64,000 nt of DNA, taken from a virus. Its lineage: Duplodnaviria; Caudoviricetes. The notes under the pieces were generated by a model. The model searched no databases and had not been told where the DNA came from. It saw nothing but the letters and a program-made list of their open reading frames with translations. The position numbers and the translations under genes are program-made. The stretch is taken from IMG/VR virus record IMGVR_UViG_3300046460_000097. One strand, 5' to 3'. Within the stretch, counting starts at the first letter, position 1; the number at the start of each line of letters is the position of its first letter. Shown here piece by piece: positions 1 through 8,542 of the stretch.

Positions 1-1
1 A

Positions 2-79
2 CTGACCATGGATTACTCTGGCAAGTTGTTGAAAGCGGTCAACGAAGAAACCAATAGCACTTACTACTTCTGCTTGTAA
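2..79 (+). CDS. 3' end of a gene entering from the left edge
   Basis: Open frame from base 2 (LTMDYSGKLLKAVNEETNSTYYFCL*) ending at TAA 77-79. Confidence 0.45.
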   Translation: MTMDYSGKLLKAVNEETNSTYYFCL

Positions 80-134
80 GCGCTATTGGCGGCATGTTAC
101 GGACAAAACACAAAACAACATTAGGAGTTTGTAG

Positions 135-611
135 ATGAATATCAAGAAGATTGGTTTTGGTCTGATCACAATGATTGTGATCTTGTTTGTTGTTTCTCCG
201 ATGTTCGCAGCCGCGAATACAAATGTAACCAGTCCCAACTATGACGTCAACTCGAAAGAGCGGACGTACAAGTGCGAGGCTTTCACCAAGAATTCCGTGC
301 AGTCTGATGGTAAACTCACGGATAACAAACCGAAGTACTCAATTACTACGGTGCGGGAAGATAGCAAAGGTTTCACGATTGAAGCCGGGGGTGCCTTCAA
401 AGAGAAGATGTTCCTCAGTAGCGAGCTGACAGGTCCGTTCAACAACTTCGGCTCTGATAGCAGAACTATCCTGTCTCTGCGTAACGATGTACCGGGTGCG
501 CTCTATTTCACGATCTACACTTTTGCTGATGAGCAAGACCCGGAAGACCGTCCGCGTAATGCGCCTATCGAGAACCTCACCGTTCTGGGTCAGTGCCGCC
601 GTACGCAATAA
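135..611 (+). CDS. Secreted/periplasmic protein (signal peptide, two Cys)
   Basis: AGGAG RBS; MNIKKIG + hydrophobic core + AAA cleavage-like site; Cys near each end of the mature part. Confidence 0.8.
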   Translation: MNIKKIGFGLITMIVILFVVSPMFAAANTNVTSPNYDVNSKERTYKCEAFTKNSVQSDGKLTDNKPKYSITTVREDSKGFTIEAGGAFKEKMFLSSELTGPFNNFGSDSRTILSLRNDVPGALYFTIYTFADEQDPEDRPRNAPIENLTVLGQCRRTQ

Positions 612-624
612 CTGCAAGTAGATT

Positions 625-662
625 CCTAACCCACAGGAGCCTTAGGGTTCTTGTGGGTTAGG
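625..662 (+). terminator. Stem-loop after ORF 135-611
   Basis: CCTAACCCACAGGAGCC...GGTTCTTGTGGGTTAGG inverted repeat. Confidence 0.6.
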
Positions 663-759
663 GTCTATTATGCTTTCTAATTTGTAACTGCACCGCCTAT
701 TTATTACTAACAGCCCGGACGTTTATGCATCTGGGCTGTTATGTTCGGCTGACAGGTTA

Positions 760-1254
760 ATGGAGTTGTACATGAAACTGAAGACACCTGTTATAATGCG
801 GAAGTTTAAAGCGGACACGATGGTAGATCCTGAACGAGCTATCGTCGCTAACCTGTACGAAAGTCTGATTCGTTTTGAAGCAGACCTTGCCAAAGAACAT
901 GTCAATCTCACTGACACTCAAATGAAGGGGTTGGTGGAAGAGTTTGTTAACACAACACTAGACTACGGGCTGGTAGCTTTTAATGCCTTCAAGGAGCCGG
1001 TTGGGCTGTTGTTTGTAGACAAGGGCCAGCCTTACGAGATAGCGGGGTTGTACGTGTCTCCTGAGGTCCGCTCAAGTGGCGTGGGAGAAAGACTCATCAG
1101 GGTGTTCCAAGTTAACCTTGGTAACATACCTGTTCAAGTTCAGTGCTTTGTCGGTAACCTTCGAGCTATGGAGTTCTACAAACGAGTAGGCTTCGAGTTT
1201 GAACTCGGCAGTATGTTCAATAAAGGTACGCTGCCTAGCCGCACTGCGATTTAA
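760..1254 (+). CDS. GNAT-family N-acetyltransferase
   Basis: Motif A IAGLYVSPEVRSSGVGERLI and motif B GNLRAMEFYKRVGF. Confidence 0.85.
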   Translation: MELYMKLKTPVIMRKFKADTMVDPERAIVANLYESLIRFEADLAKEHVNLTDTQMKGLVEEFVNTTLDYGLVAFNAFKEPVGLLFVDKGQPYEIAGLYVSPEVRSSGVGERLIRVFQVNLGNIPVQVQCFVGNLRAMEFYKRVGFEFELGSMFNKGTLPSRTAI

Positions 1255-1272
1255 GATACATTGGATCTTAGA

Positions 1273-1294
1273 CCTATATTACTTGGGTAGAATA
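1273..1294 (+). promoter_or_regulatory. Putative phage early promoter (CTATATTAC motif)
   Basis: CCTATATTACTTGGGTAG, intergenic; recurs at 31353, 32830, 46132; phiKZ early promoters carry TATTAC. Confidence 0.6.
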
Positions 1295-1316
1295 GTAATA
1301 GCACTAATTCATAAGG

Positions 1317-1559
1317 ATGAAATTTGACATGTGGGCAGCAATAAGCGCTTTACCGATGATTTTCGCAGTTCTTGGATTGGGTGTGTTTGCAAACGCCCCT
1401 TACAGTTTTGCCAAGGGCTGGGTTAAATCTCAAGCAGTTTGGGAATGGGTACTCTTGCTGGCTGTACTGTTGAACGTAGGTTTGTTCATCAAGCAAGTTC
1501 CAACAATTGTTTTCGTCGATTCTACTCTCGTTTCACTACACAAGGAAGCACGTCAATGA
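1317..1559 (+). CDS. Small membrane protein (2 TM)
   Basis: AAGG RBS; two hydrophobic segments; stop overlaps the next start. Confidence 0.7.
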   Translation: MKFDMWAAISALPMIFAVLGLGVFANAPYSFAKGWVKSQAVWEWVLLLAVLLNVGLFIKQVPTIVFVDSTLVSLHKEARQ

Positions 1560-3238
1560 GTAACGATAAGAAGTTTGTAGCAGCACCGTCCATGGAGTGG
1601 CTGGTTAAAGGTGAGAAGGATTCCTTCGCTCACTACCTGCAACGGCCGCGTGAAGATTTGCCTTGCTCCGACATGAGCGATGACACGCTGGCCAACTATG
1701 CGTTCATGTACTACAACCGTCCCCTCGGTGAAGAACACGACATTCTGCTGGGCAGGGCTGAAGGTCACCATCCAAAGATTGCTTTCATGACTGCAACCAA
1801 AGAACGTATGCGCTGGTTGGCTCGTCGTGTGGCGGTGCTGGAAGGCAACTATCCTGAGGTCGACATTCCTTACGACATCGCTGCCAAGGTCGCCAAGCAG
1901 GAACGTCGTCTGATGACCGAGTACGAAAACCTGTTCAGCGGGTTGTGCACTGCGATGGGTACTGACAAAGGCTTTACCAGCAACGTCGGGGCTCGCAAAG
2001 CCGGCAAGGAACTGGCAAAGCTGGGTGTTGATGAGCGTCTGATCCACAAGGGTCTGTGTGTTTACATGCATCTGGGTAACTACACACTTACCGAGTGGTC
2101 CCAGACTTACACGGAAGCGATGAGTAATCTGCGTGAGCTCGTAGCAGCTTACGAGAAGTTGTCGGGGGTGACAGTTGTTCCTACTCAACGCTACATCCTG
2201 ACCGACATGCACGGTGCCCGCGGTGTGGTCTGTGAAGTCATTCCTGATGACCAAATGCCAGAACCGGGTGCTTACGACAAACCGGTGGCGGAAATCATTC
2301 ACCTCGGTCGTCGTGCTGCTGAAGTGACGTACACCGACACTGGTGGCAATAAAGTCTCGTCCCATCCGTTCGTGGTGGAAGCAAACCGTTCACTCGACGC
2401 GGCCAAGGCGACATTCGATAAGGCGGGGATTTCAATTCCTTTCCATGTTTCGAAAGAAGAAGGTCTGGTGTTCTTCAACGTCAACGGTCACCTGACTGCT
2501 GAAGAACTCGAAGCACTGGTGTACTTGGCCAGAAACTCCGAGTTGAAAGGTGACTCAGGTTCGCTGTGGACTTCGGATCACGTGATTGTTCCGAATGAAC
2601 GACGTGCCCTGAGTCGTCTGAACCAGTTTGCTACTGGGGACGAGTATGAACAGCGCAGAGCTCATTTGCGTTGGTCGCAAGACGTATTGGGTATCTACAT
2701 GGCACTCGGTCTGGAACACGCCAAGGTTACTCAACGTTTCGTGGTCGACAAGATCGCCTGCATTGTTAAAGTGCCTGAAGATGATATTCGTACGGCACTG
2801 GGTTTCGACAACGGGACAGATATGGTTAAACGACTGGCTGTGTTTACCGAACTCTGTAAGCACCTGACTGCGGCTGGCAAAGTTATTCCGACTCGTGAGC
2901 ATTACGACATCGGTGTACCATTCTTCGCCACTGGTGGGCGTAGCAAGGTAACCCCGTCGTCGCCCTCTCCATTCCTTCAGGAAGGTATGTTCAACAGTAC
3001 GCACGACATTCTCGGCAATCCGTTGCCGGTGTTCCTTGCTTCCGAACAAAATGGTGCTGGTGGCGTTGCACAGAAGAACCTTTCTGTGCTGCGTGATCTG
3101 AATGACCGCGAGTTCAGTGAGTTGTTTACTCGTGTCATGCAGCGCAATATCACCGGTGAAGAAGCAAAGCTGTACGGTCACTTCTCTACCGCTGATTTCT
3201 GTAACGTTGCAAGCGATCGCCTTAACCGCGAATCGTAA
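1556..3238 (+). CDS. Hypothetical protein (~560 aa; start re-called at MSNDKK)
   Basis: Long ORF with typical codon use; AAGGA RBS before ATG 1556. Confidence 0.8.
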   Translation: MSNDKKFVAAPSMEWLVKGEKDSFAHYLQRPREDLPCSDMSDDTLANYAFMYYNRPLGEEHDILLGRAEGHHPKIAFMTATKERMRWLARRVAVLEGNYPEVDIPYDIAAKVAKQERRLMTEYENLFSGLCTAMGTDKGFTSNVGARKAGKELAKLGVDERLIHKGLCVYMHLGNYTLTEWSQTYTEAMSNLRELVAAYEKLSGVTVVPTQRYILTDMHGARGVVCEVIPDDQMPEPGAYDKPVAEIIHLGRRAAEVTYTDTGGNKVSSHPFVVEANRSLDAAKATFDKAGISIPFHVSKEEGLVFFNVNGHLTAEELEALVYLARNSELKGDSGSLWTSDHVIVPNERRALSRLNQFATGDEYEQRRAHLRWSQDVLGIYMALGLEHAKVTQRFVVDKIACIVKVPEDDIRTALGFDNGTDMVKRLAVFTELCKHLTAAGKVIPTREHYDIGVPFFATGGRSKVTPSSPSPFLQEGMFNSTHDILGNPLPVFLASEQNGAGGVAQKNLSVLRDLNDREFSELFTRVMQRNITGEEAKLYGHFSTADFCNVASDRLNRES

Positions 3239-3272
3239 CACTTTCAACCGCTTCAATTAGAGGAGTTTCGGC

Positions 3273-3581
3273 ATGCCTTCAAAAGAACACGGTCCGGTGA
3301 TTACTATTACTGGACTTGATAAAGAGCTTGGACAACACATCTTCAAGTTGGTTGCTAACGCTCTTGCAGATAACAATGTTCGAGGTCTGGTTCGTGTTGA
3401 ACATGCTGAACGTCCTCACTTCCTGTTTGCTTCGGCATCGCAGGTAGATGAAGCGGTTGGCATCCGGGTTGGTATTGGTGGGGAACATTCTGTCGTACTC
3501 AACCCGGGCATCATGCTTGACGGGCACTTCACTCTCGAAGAGCTCGATGGTATCTCGTACAAGTTGCGCGGCGGGGTCTAA
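3273..3581 (+). CDS. Hypothetical protein
   Basis: GAGGAG RBS, operon context. Confidence 0.7.
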   Translation: MPSKEHGPVITITGLDKELGQHIFKLVANALADNNVRGLVRVEHAERPHFLFASASQVDEAVGIRVGIGGEHSVVLNPGIMLDGHFTLEELDGISYKLRGGV

Positions 3582-3643
3582 CTTCGCCTTCTTGTTGTAA
3601 ACCACTTACCGGGGAACACTCGATTCCCCGAATTACTGGAGTA

Positions 3644-4204
3644 ATGATCATGGCTAGTCTTTTTCGTAATCGTACACTGTCCAATGCCTTTCCTCAACGT
3701 AACGTAGTTATTGAGTCGACTGGTGTCCGCAGTAAGAATGATGACATCCTCTTCCGCTGCTCGATTGACTTCGGCTACAGCGGTAAGTTGCTGCGCGGTA
3801 TCAGCATCAAGGCTGTTGGCAACACGTTCAAGAACATTACCAAGGATCTGCGTGAATACCAAGAAAGTATTGGTGAGATCGTTTCGATCATGACTGCCTT
3901 GAAAACTTGGGCAGCCGATGTGCGTCACAGTAATGGTGACCTTGCAGCACCTGACGATATCTTCAATCAGGTACTGTGCGAAGAACACCCGCTGATGTTT
4001 CATGCGGTGCGTAACAGTAAGGGTATTTCCTTCAAGATCTTTGGTGAAGGCCTGCACGACTTGGAAATTGCAATGGACTACAAACAGGCCGTCGCATTCC
4101 GTTCGTTTAACATCAAGATTGATTCCATCATCAATGCGTTTAACGCGCACCTGGCGGACATCAAGAACACCTCTCTCGCCACCATTCTGCAAGGAGCAGC
4201 TTAA
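3644..4204 (+). CDS. Hypothetical protein
   Basis: GGAG RBS, operon context. Confidence 0.75.
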   Translation: MIMASLFRNRTLSNAFPQRNVVIESTGVRSKNDDILFRCSIDFGYSGKLLRGISIKAVGNTFKNITKDLREYQESIGEIVSIMTALKTWAADVRHSNGDLAAPDDIFNQVLCEEHPLMFHAVRNSKGISFKIFGEGLHDLEIAMDYKQAVAFRSFNIKIDSIINAFNAHLADIKNTSLATILQGAA

Positions 4205-4672
4205 ATGCGTAAGTTTGTGATGTTGTTGCTGTTGTCTCTGGTATCGTTGTCTGCTATGGCTAAAACCATGCAGTGTACCGAGTTCGGTCATACCGATCTT
4301 AGCGCAGACGGTCAGCCAATGAAGATGACCAAACGTGTAACCTCGTTTAACATCGAAGATGATAAAGTCATTGTCGGTGCTGATGTTTACGTCATGGGTG
4401 ATCCTAGTAAGGTTGACCTAGAAGGTTTGGCGATCACTTACTTCCAGCAAGATGATGACAAGGTCCTGTACCTCTACATCAACGAGCAGGATCAGGAAGA
4501 GATCGGTATCAGTCGTCTGCGCCACGACAGTGACGACATGTTCGAAGATAAGTCTGTTTTCTCTGGGTGTTCTTTTGAAGTACCCGCCACGAAACAGATG
4601 AAGGTACGTGATACAAGCCGAGCTGTAGATGTCAGAAGGGTGAACAACACTCTTCCAGTTTACAGCTTCTAA
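4205..4672 (+). CDS. Secreted/periplasmic protein (signal peptide, two Cys)
   Basis: MRKFVMLLLLSLVSLSAMA-K classic Sec signal; AGGAG RBS. Confidence 0.8.
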   Translation: MRKFVMLLLLSLVSLSAMAKTMQCTEFGHTDLSADGQPMKMTKRVTSFNIEDDKVIVGADVYVMGDPSKVDLEGLAITYFQQDDDKVLYLYINEQDQEEIGISRLRHDSDDMFEDKSVFSGCSFEVPATKQMKVRDTSRAVDVRRVNNTLPVYSF

Positions 4673-4700
4673 CTACGTTATTGTCTTTGAGGAAACTGTT

Positions 4701-5153
4701 ATGCAGAAGTCACCCGCTGAAATGCAAGAAGCTGTTGATGCAGAGATTGCCGCTGTACTGAAAGAAATCGATGCACTGGGCAAGTTGATTCTGGAGCCCA
4801 TCCTCGCTAACCATCGCACTGACCACGCACTGTGCATGGAGATTATCAAAGCGGTGCGTGAGCAGAAGCCATTCCAGCGAGAAGAAGTAGATAACCCCAT
4901 TGGTGTGTTCATAATGGGTGCTTTGGGTGATGCGCTTGAACGTCACCCAGAACGCAGAGGCGATATTCTGCAGGCGCTGATGGAAGAGACCCCTGTTGCG
5001 AAGACCTACCCTACCGGTGTGTCTTTGTCTACCACCATGCACCCAATGCGACGGCGGAGTGTTGATGACATCGGTTCCCTCGGTGTCATCAGTCCAATGA
5101 GCAGTGCCCCTGTCAAGAAGCCAACTCACCCTGCGCCGGAGCGTCTGCAATGA
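4701..5153 (+). CDS. Hypothetical protein
   Basis: GAGG RBS; ATGA overlap with the next gene. Confidence 0.7.
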   Translation: MQKSPAEMQEAVDAEIAAVLKEIDALGKLILEPILANHRTDHALCMEIIKAVREQKPFQREEVDNPIGVFIMGALGDALERHPERRGDILQALMEETPVAKTYPTGVSLSTTMHPMRRRSVDDIGSLGVISPMSSAPVKKPTHPAPERLQ

Positions 5154-5572
5154 GCCAACAAACTGTGTTCTTGTTTCTCCAGAAGCTGCAACTGGAAGAA
5201 CGCCTTGTACCTGGCATCATCATGGTCAAGAACAGCAATGGGTTCGGTGACAGTCTTGCCAGTAAGTTTGTTTCGGTGGACGACGAGACTGAAGCAGAGA
5301 TCAATGCTTACTCTAAAACCCTGAATGACGATGAGCAGAAGTTTCTGGTTCGTGTGGTGGGTAAGCGAGCTGATCTGTTTAAGCCTTCGCCTGAAGATTT
5401 GATTCCTCAGGTGCCGGAGATGGAGGTGGGTGGTTATAAGAACAACCCGCTTAAGTCGTCGAGTGATGTTACTAGTCACCCGTCTGGTACAGTTACACGG
5501 GCGTGGGCGCGGTTGTTTGGAAGGACCAAGGCTTACTTCGGTAAAACTCCAAAGGGTAAAGGGGGTGCGTGA
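5150..5572 (+). CDS. Hypothetical protein
   Basis: Translationally coupled to both neighbours. Confidence 0.65.
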   Translation: MSQQTVFLFLQKLQLEERLVPGIIMVKNSNGFGDSLASKFVSVDDETEAEINAYSKTLNDDEQKFLVRVVGKRADLFKPSPEDLIPQVPEMEVGGYKNNPLKSSSDVTSHPSGTVTRAWARLFGRTKAYFGKTPKGKGGA

Positions 5573-5757
5573 TGGGATGGCTTCGTACTGTTAATGTGCA
5601 TGGGGATCACAAGGTCAAGATTGTGCCTCAGTGTGTTTACCAGCGTGGCAACTACGATCTGCAAGAGTTTGGTTTCGTCGATCGTTATTCCAAGACCATT
5701 CAAATGATTTGCGTACATGGTCGTAACGACCCTCTTTTATCGCACCGGGGTAAGTAA
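5569..5757 (+). CDS. Small hypothetical protein
   Basis: Fills the operon gap; start overlaps the previous stop. Confidence 0.55.
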   Translation: MMGWLRTVNVHGDHKVKIVPQCVYQRGNYDLQEFGFVDRYSKTIQMICVHGRNDPLLSHRGK

Positions 5758-5758
5758 T

Positions 5759-6406
5759 ATGAATTGGTTTGTGCATGGTACAACTTCTAAGCACGTCGGC
5801 TTTATTCGCGATGGTAATGCTTGTGAAGGCGGTAACTGCGAACACTTGACGGATGGTGACCAAGCTTACGGTCAGTCGTCTGAGTGCGATAGCTTCGGTA
5901 GCGAAGTTTATCTGATGTGCAAAGAGTGCTACGAGAAGTTCCTCGTAGATCGTGTAACTGAGCTGGTCGATTGCGATGACTGCGGGATGGACTTACCCCG
6001 CAATGAAACGAGAAGTTATATTCCTTATTCGGTGGACGAACTCCCTCGGATAAAGTTTCAAAAGACCATCTGCAACACGTGCTGGGAAATGCCTCAGCAT
6101 CAAAGGAGATTGGAAGTCGACAAGGAAGATCGTGCAGCAGATGAGCGCGAGTTGGCTGAGAACAATGATGAGTTCTGGGACGGCGACGACATCGATGATG
6201 ATGACTTCGACGATCTGGAAGATGAAGATCGTATCCCGGACGATCAGGACATGGATTCTTTACTGTGTGTGTACGATACAGGACACCCAGTGAAGCGTGA
6301 GATCTTTAACCGGGAATTTAACGGGGACGTTCATTTATTGCACGTCTACTCGAAAACCATTCAACGTATCGTTGTCGGTCCTAAGGGGGAAGTGAATCAT
6401 GGCTAA
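5759..6406 (+). CDS. Cys-rich putative zinc-binding protein with acidic tract
   Basis: CEGGNCEH, CKEC, CDDC, CNTC motifs; DGDDIDDDDFDDLEDED tract; start re-called at MNWF. Confidence 0.7.
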   Translation: MNWFVHGTTSKHVGFIRDGNACEGGNCEHLTDGDQAYGQSSECDSFGSEVYLMCKECYEKFLVDRVTELVDCDDCGMDLPRNETRSYIPYSVDELPRIKFQKTICNTCWEMPQHQRRLEVDKEDRAADERELAENNDEFWDGDDIDDDDFDDLEDEDRIPDDQDMDSLLCVYDTGHPVKREIFNREFNGDVHLLHVYSKTIQRIVVGPKGEVNHG

Positions 6407-7217
6407 TAAACACACTGCTGCAAGTGATGCCGAGTTTCTTAAGCAGATGGAGGCCGACGGTCTTCCCCCTGACTATTACACGGTACGCGCCAAGCCCGGC
6501 ACTATCGAAGCAATCTTCGGAGAGCTTCCGTACTCTACTGCCACTGATCTTCGTCAAGCGGCGATGGACGCTGTTAACTGTACTGGTCGGGATCTGTTTG
6601 ATCCTAACCATGCATTTAACATTCGTCAACGTCGTGAAGCGGCTGTGGCTGCTGGTCACCTCAATGCGGACTTCGATGGTGATGATCCTATCCCGTCACC
6701 TTTCCGCGGTGTAACACTGGCTCGCTGCGAGTTCAAGGGCGAGCCTTATCGTTTGACGCTGGACGTTGGTAAACCGTTGTTGATCTTCTACCGTGGCGAG
6801 TCGGCAGAACTGGATAAACGATTCTCGTCGAATATCCGTTCTATCGTTGTGCGTAAGCGACGGTCTGCACTGGAAGAGTTGATGATTGGCATCTGTCAGC
6901 AACATCTCTGTGGGAAAGTCGAGCAGAGTGTTATCGACGCGATGAGCAAACACTTCATCGATGTTCCTCCGATGTGGGAAGGTGGGATAACGAGGCACCT
7001 TCTTCCACCAGCAGAAGCAAAACGTCGTGTTCCTATCGTCGACGACATCAGCATCAACTTCCTTGATGTGTACGTCGGTCCATCTCGCGGCGGTGTCGGT
7101 GGTCATGTAGATCCTGGGGTGGGTGATATCCACATCAACCTCAAGGACTACACTGTACGACCACTTCGTGTAGAACATCGTTTCAAACCTCTGGCCGAAC
7201 TGCGTAAGGATAAGTGA
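6399..7217 (+). CDS. Hypothetical protein
   Basis: Long ORF, operon context. Confidence 0.75.
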   Translation: MANKHTAASDAEFLKQMEADGLPPDYYTVRAKPGTIEAIFGELPYSTATDLRQAAMDAVNCTGRDLFDPNHAFNIRQRREAAVAAGHLNADFDGDDPIPSPFRGVTLARCEFKGEPYRLTLDVGKPLLIFYRGESAELDKRFSSNIRSIVVRKRRSALEELMIGICQQHLCGKVEQSVIDAMSKHFIDVPPMWEGGITRHLLPPAEAKRRVPIVDDISINFLDVYVGPSRGGVGGHVDPGVGDIHINLKDYTVRPLRVEHRFKPLAELRKDK

Positions 7218-7218
7218 C

Positions 7219-7446
7219 ATGCCGGCATGGGCTTATGTAATCGAAATACTCATCGCGGTGTTGGCGGGTGGTTATTGTCACATTTATACCGTGGTGTCTA
7301 CTGAAATGAAACCTTCCGGTAAAGAAGCATTCAAAGCGGCCGCTCTCGCGTGGTTCTTCTTTGTTGTTCTCGTTACCATCATTCTGCACATGGGCTGGGT
7401 GTTGAGAACAATCACACTCGGCTTCATCTCCTACGACTTCTATTAA
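7219..7446 (+). CDS. Small membrane protein
   Basis: AAGGA RBS; 2-3 hydrophobic segments. Confidence 0.65.
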   Translation: MPAWAYVIEILIAVLAGGYCHIYTVVSTEMKPSGKEAFKAAALAWFFFVVLVTIILHMGWVLRTITLGFISYDFY

Positions 7447-7464
7447 CACAGGGAAAAATAACAA

Positions 7465-7740
7465 ATGGCAAAGGTAATGATCCAACAGAAGCTGGGTCTG
7501 GATAGCTTCCGTAAACTCACCGACCAGATCAAGGCGGAAGGTGTTCATGTGGTAATCTCGGATGGTCGAGATATGAGCACTCGCGCAGTACTTCAGCCAG
7601 ACGTTATCTGCAAGGTGCAGAGCGCGTTTAACCTCGGCAAGAAGATCGATGTACTGTTCGACCGCCAAGATGTCTTGACGAAAGGCTACGAATTCCACTT
7701 CACGAAGTTCAACGATGTGTTTTACCTCGTTCGGAAGTAA
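7465..7740 (+). CDS. Hypothetical protein
   Basis: ORF followed by a hairpin. Confidence 0.7.
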   Translation: MAKVMIQQKLGLDSFRKLTDQIKAEGVHVVISDGRDMSTRAVLQPDVICKVQSAFNLGKKIDVLFDRQDVLTKGYEFHFTKFNDVFYLVRK

Positions 7741-7751
7741 CTGAGCAACAT

Positions 7752-7790
7752 CCTCTCCCTTAAGTCGGGCCAACAGGCTTGAGGGAGAGG
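7752..7790 (+). terminator. Stem-loop terminator
   Basis: CCTCTCCCTTAAGTC...GGCTTGAGGGAGAGG then T-rich tract. Confidence 0.6.
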
Positions 7791-7832
7791 TTTACTACTT
7801 TAATTTTTTGCTACTGCTAGGAGTAAAAGGGA

Positions 7833-8474
7833 ATGTCTAAATACACAAAGGGAACGGTTAACTTTGATCCACTTATTGTGCTGGGTAAAGACTTCCTGCA
7901 CGGTCCTTACAAGAGTGCTACGACCGCGTTTGAGTACGCGTTCGAAGTCAAGCCATTCCTGTCTAAGGCTAAGCAGAAGAAAGGCGAGCCAGAGAAGTAC
8001 GACTACACGTGGTCCGGTCATTTCAACCTGATCATGAACTCGATCCGCATTCACCTCCATCAGCCGTCTGACGATCACGGTCTGGTGGATCAAGAGCAGA
8101 AGCTCAACATGGCCAAAGAGAAGCTTGACTTCTTCCTCAAGGAGATCAAGACTCGTTACAAGACACCGGCCAAGGGCTCTATGCAAGAACGTCACTGGTT
8201 GAACAAGCTGGACTCCGGTTACACGGGTTACGTGGCGTTGAACATCGATGAGAACGGTGGGGGTACCTTCTCTATTGCTGATTGCCACAAGACCATCATC
8301 TACTGGTGCGATGTGTGGCTGGATCCTCTCGGTAAACCGATGAAGAGTGATGATGCTCGTACCAACACCATCAAGAGCCTCGAAGGTTTGTCCAAAGGTT
8401 TGGGGCGTGCTATCAAGGCCATTCAGGAACTGCGTAAGTTCTTTGAACGTGAGCTGGAAAGTACTTCGGACTAA
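7833..8474 (+). CDS. Hypothetical protein
   Basis: RBS and typical codon use. Confidence 0.75.
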   Translation: MSKYTKGTVNFDPLIVLGKDFLHGPYKSATTAFEYAFEVKPFLSKAKQKKGEPEKYDYTWSGHFNLIMNSIRIHLHQPSDDHGLVDQEQKLNMAKEKLDFFLKEIKTRYKTPAKGSMQERHWLNKLDSGYTGYVALNIDENGGGTFSIADCHKTIIYWCDVWLDPLGKPMKSDDARTNTIKSLEGLSKGLGRAIKAIQELRKFFERELESTSD

Positions 8475-8542
8475 AAGAATTCAAGCCTACATTATTAGAC
8501 TGTAAACACTATTGTTATACGTCCACTCAGGAGATTTATTAC

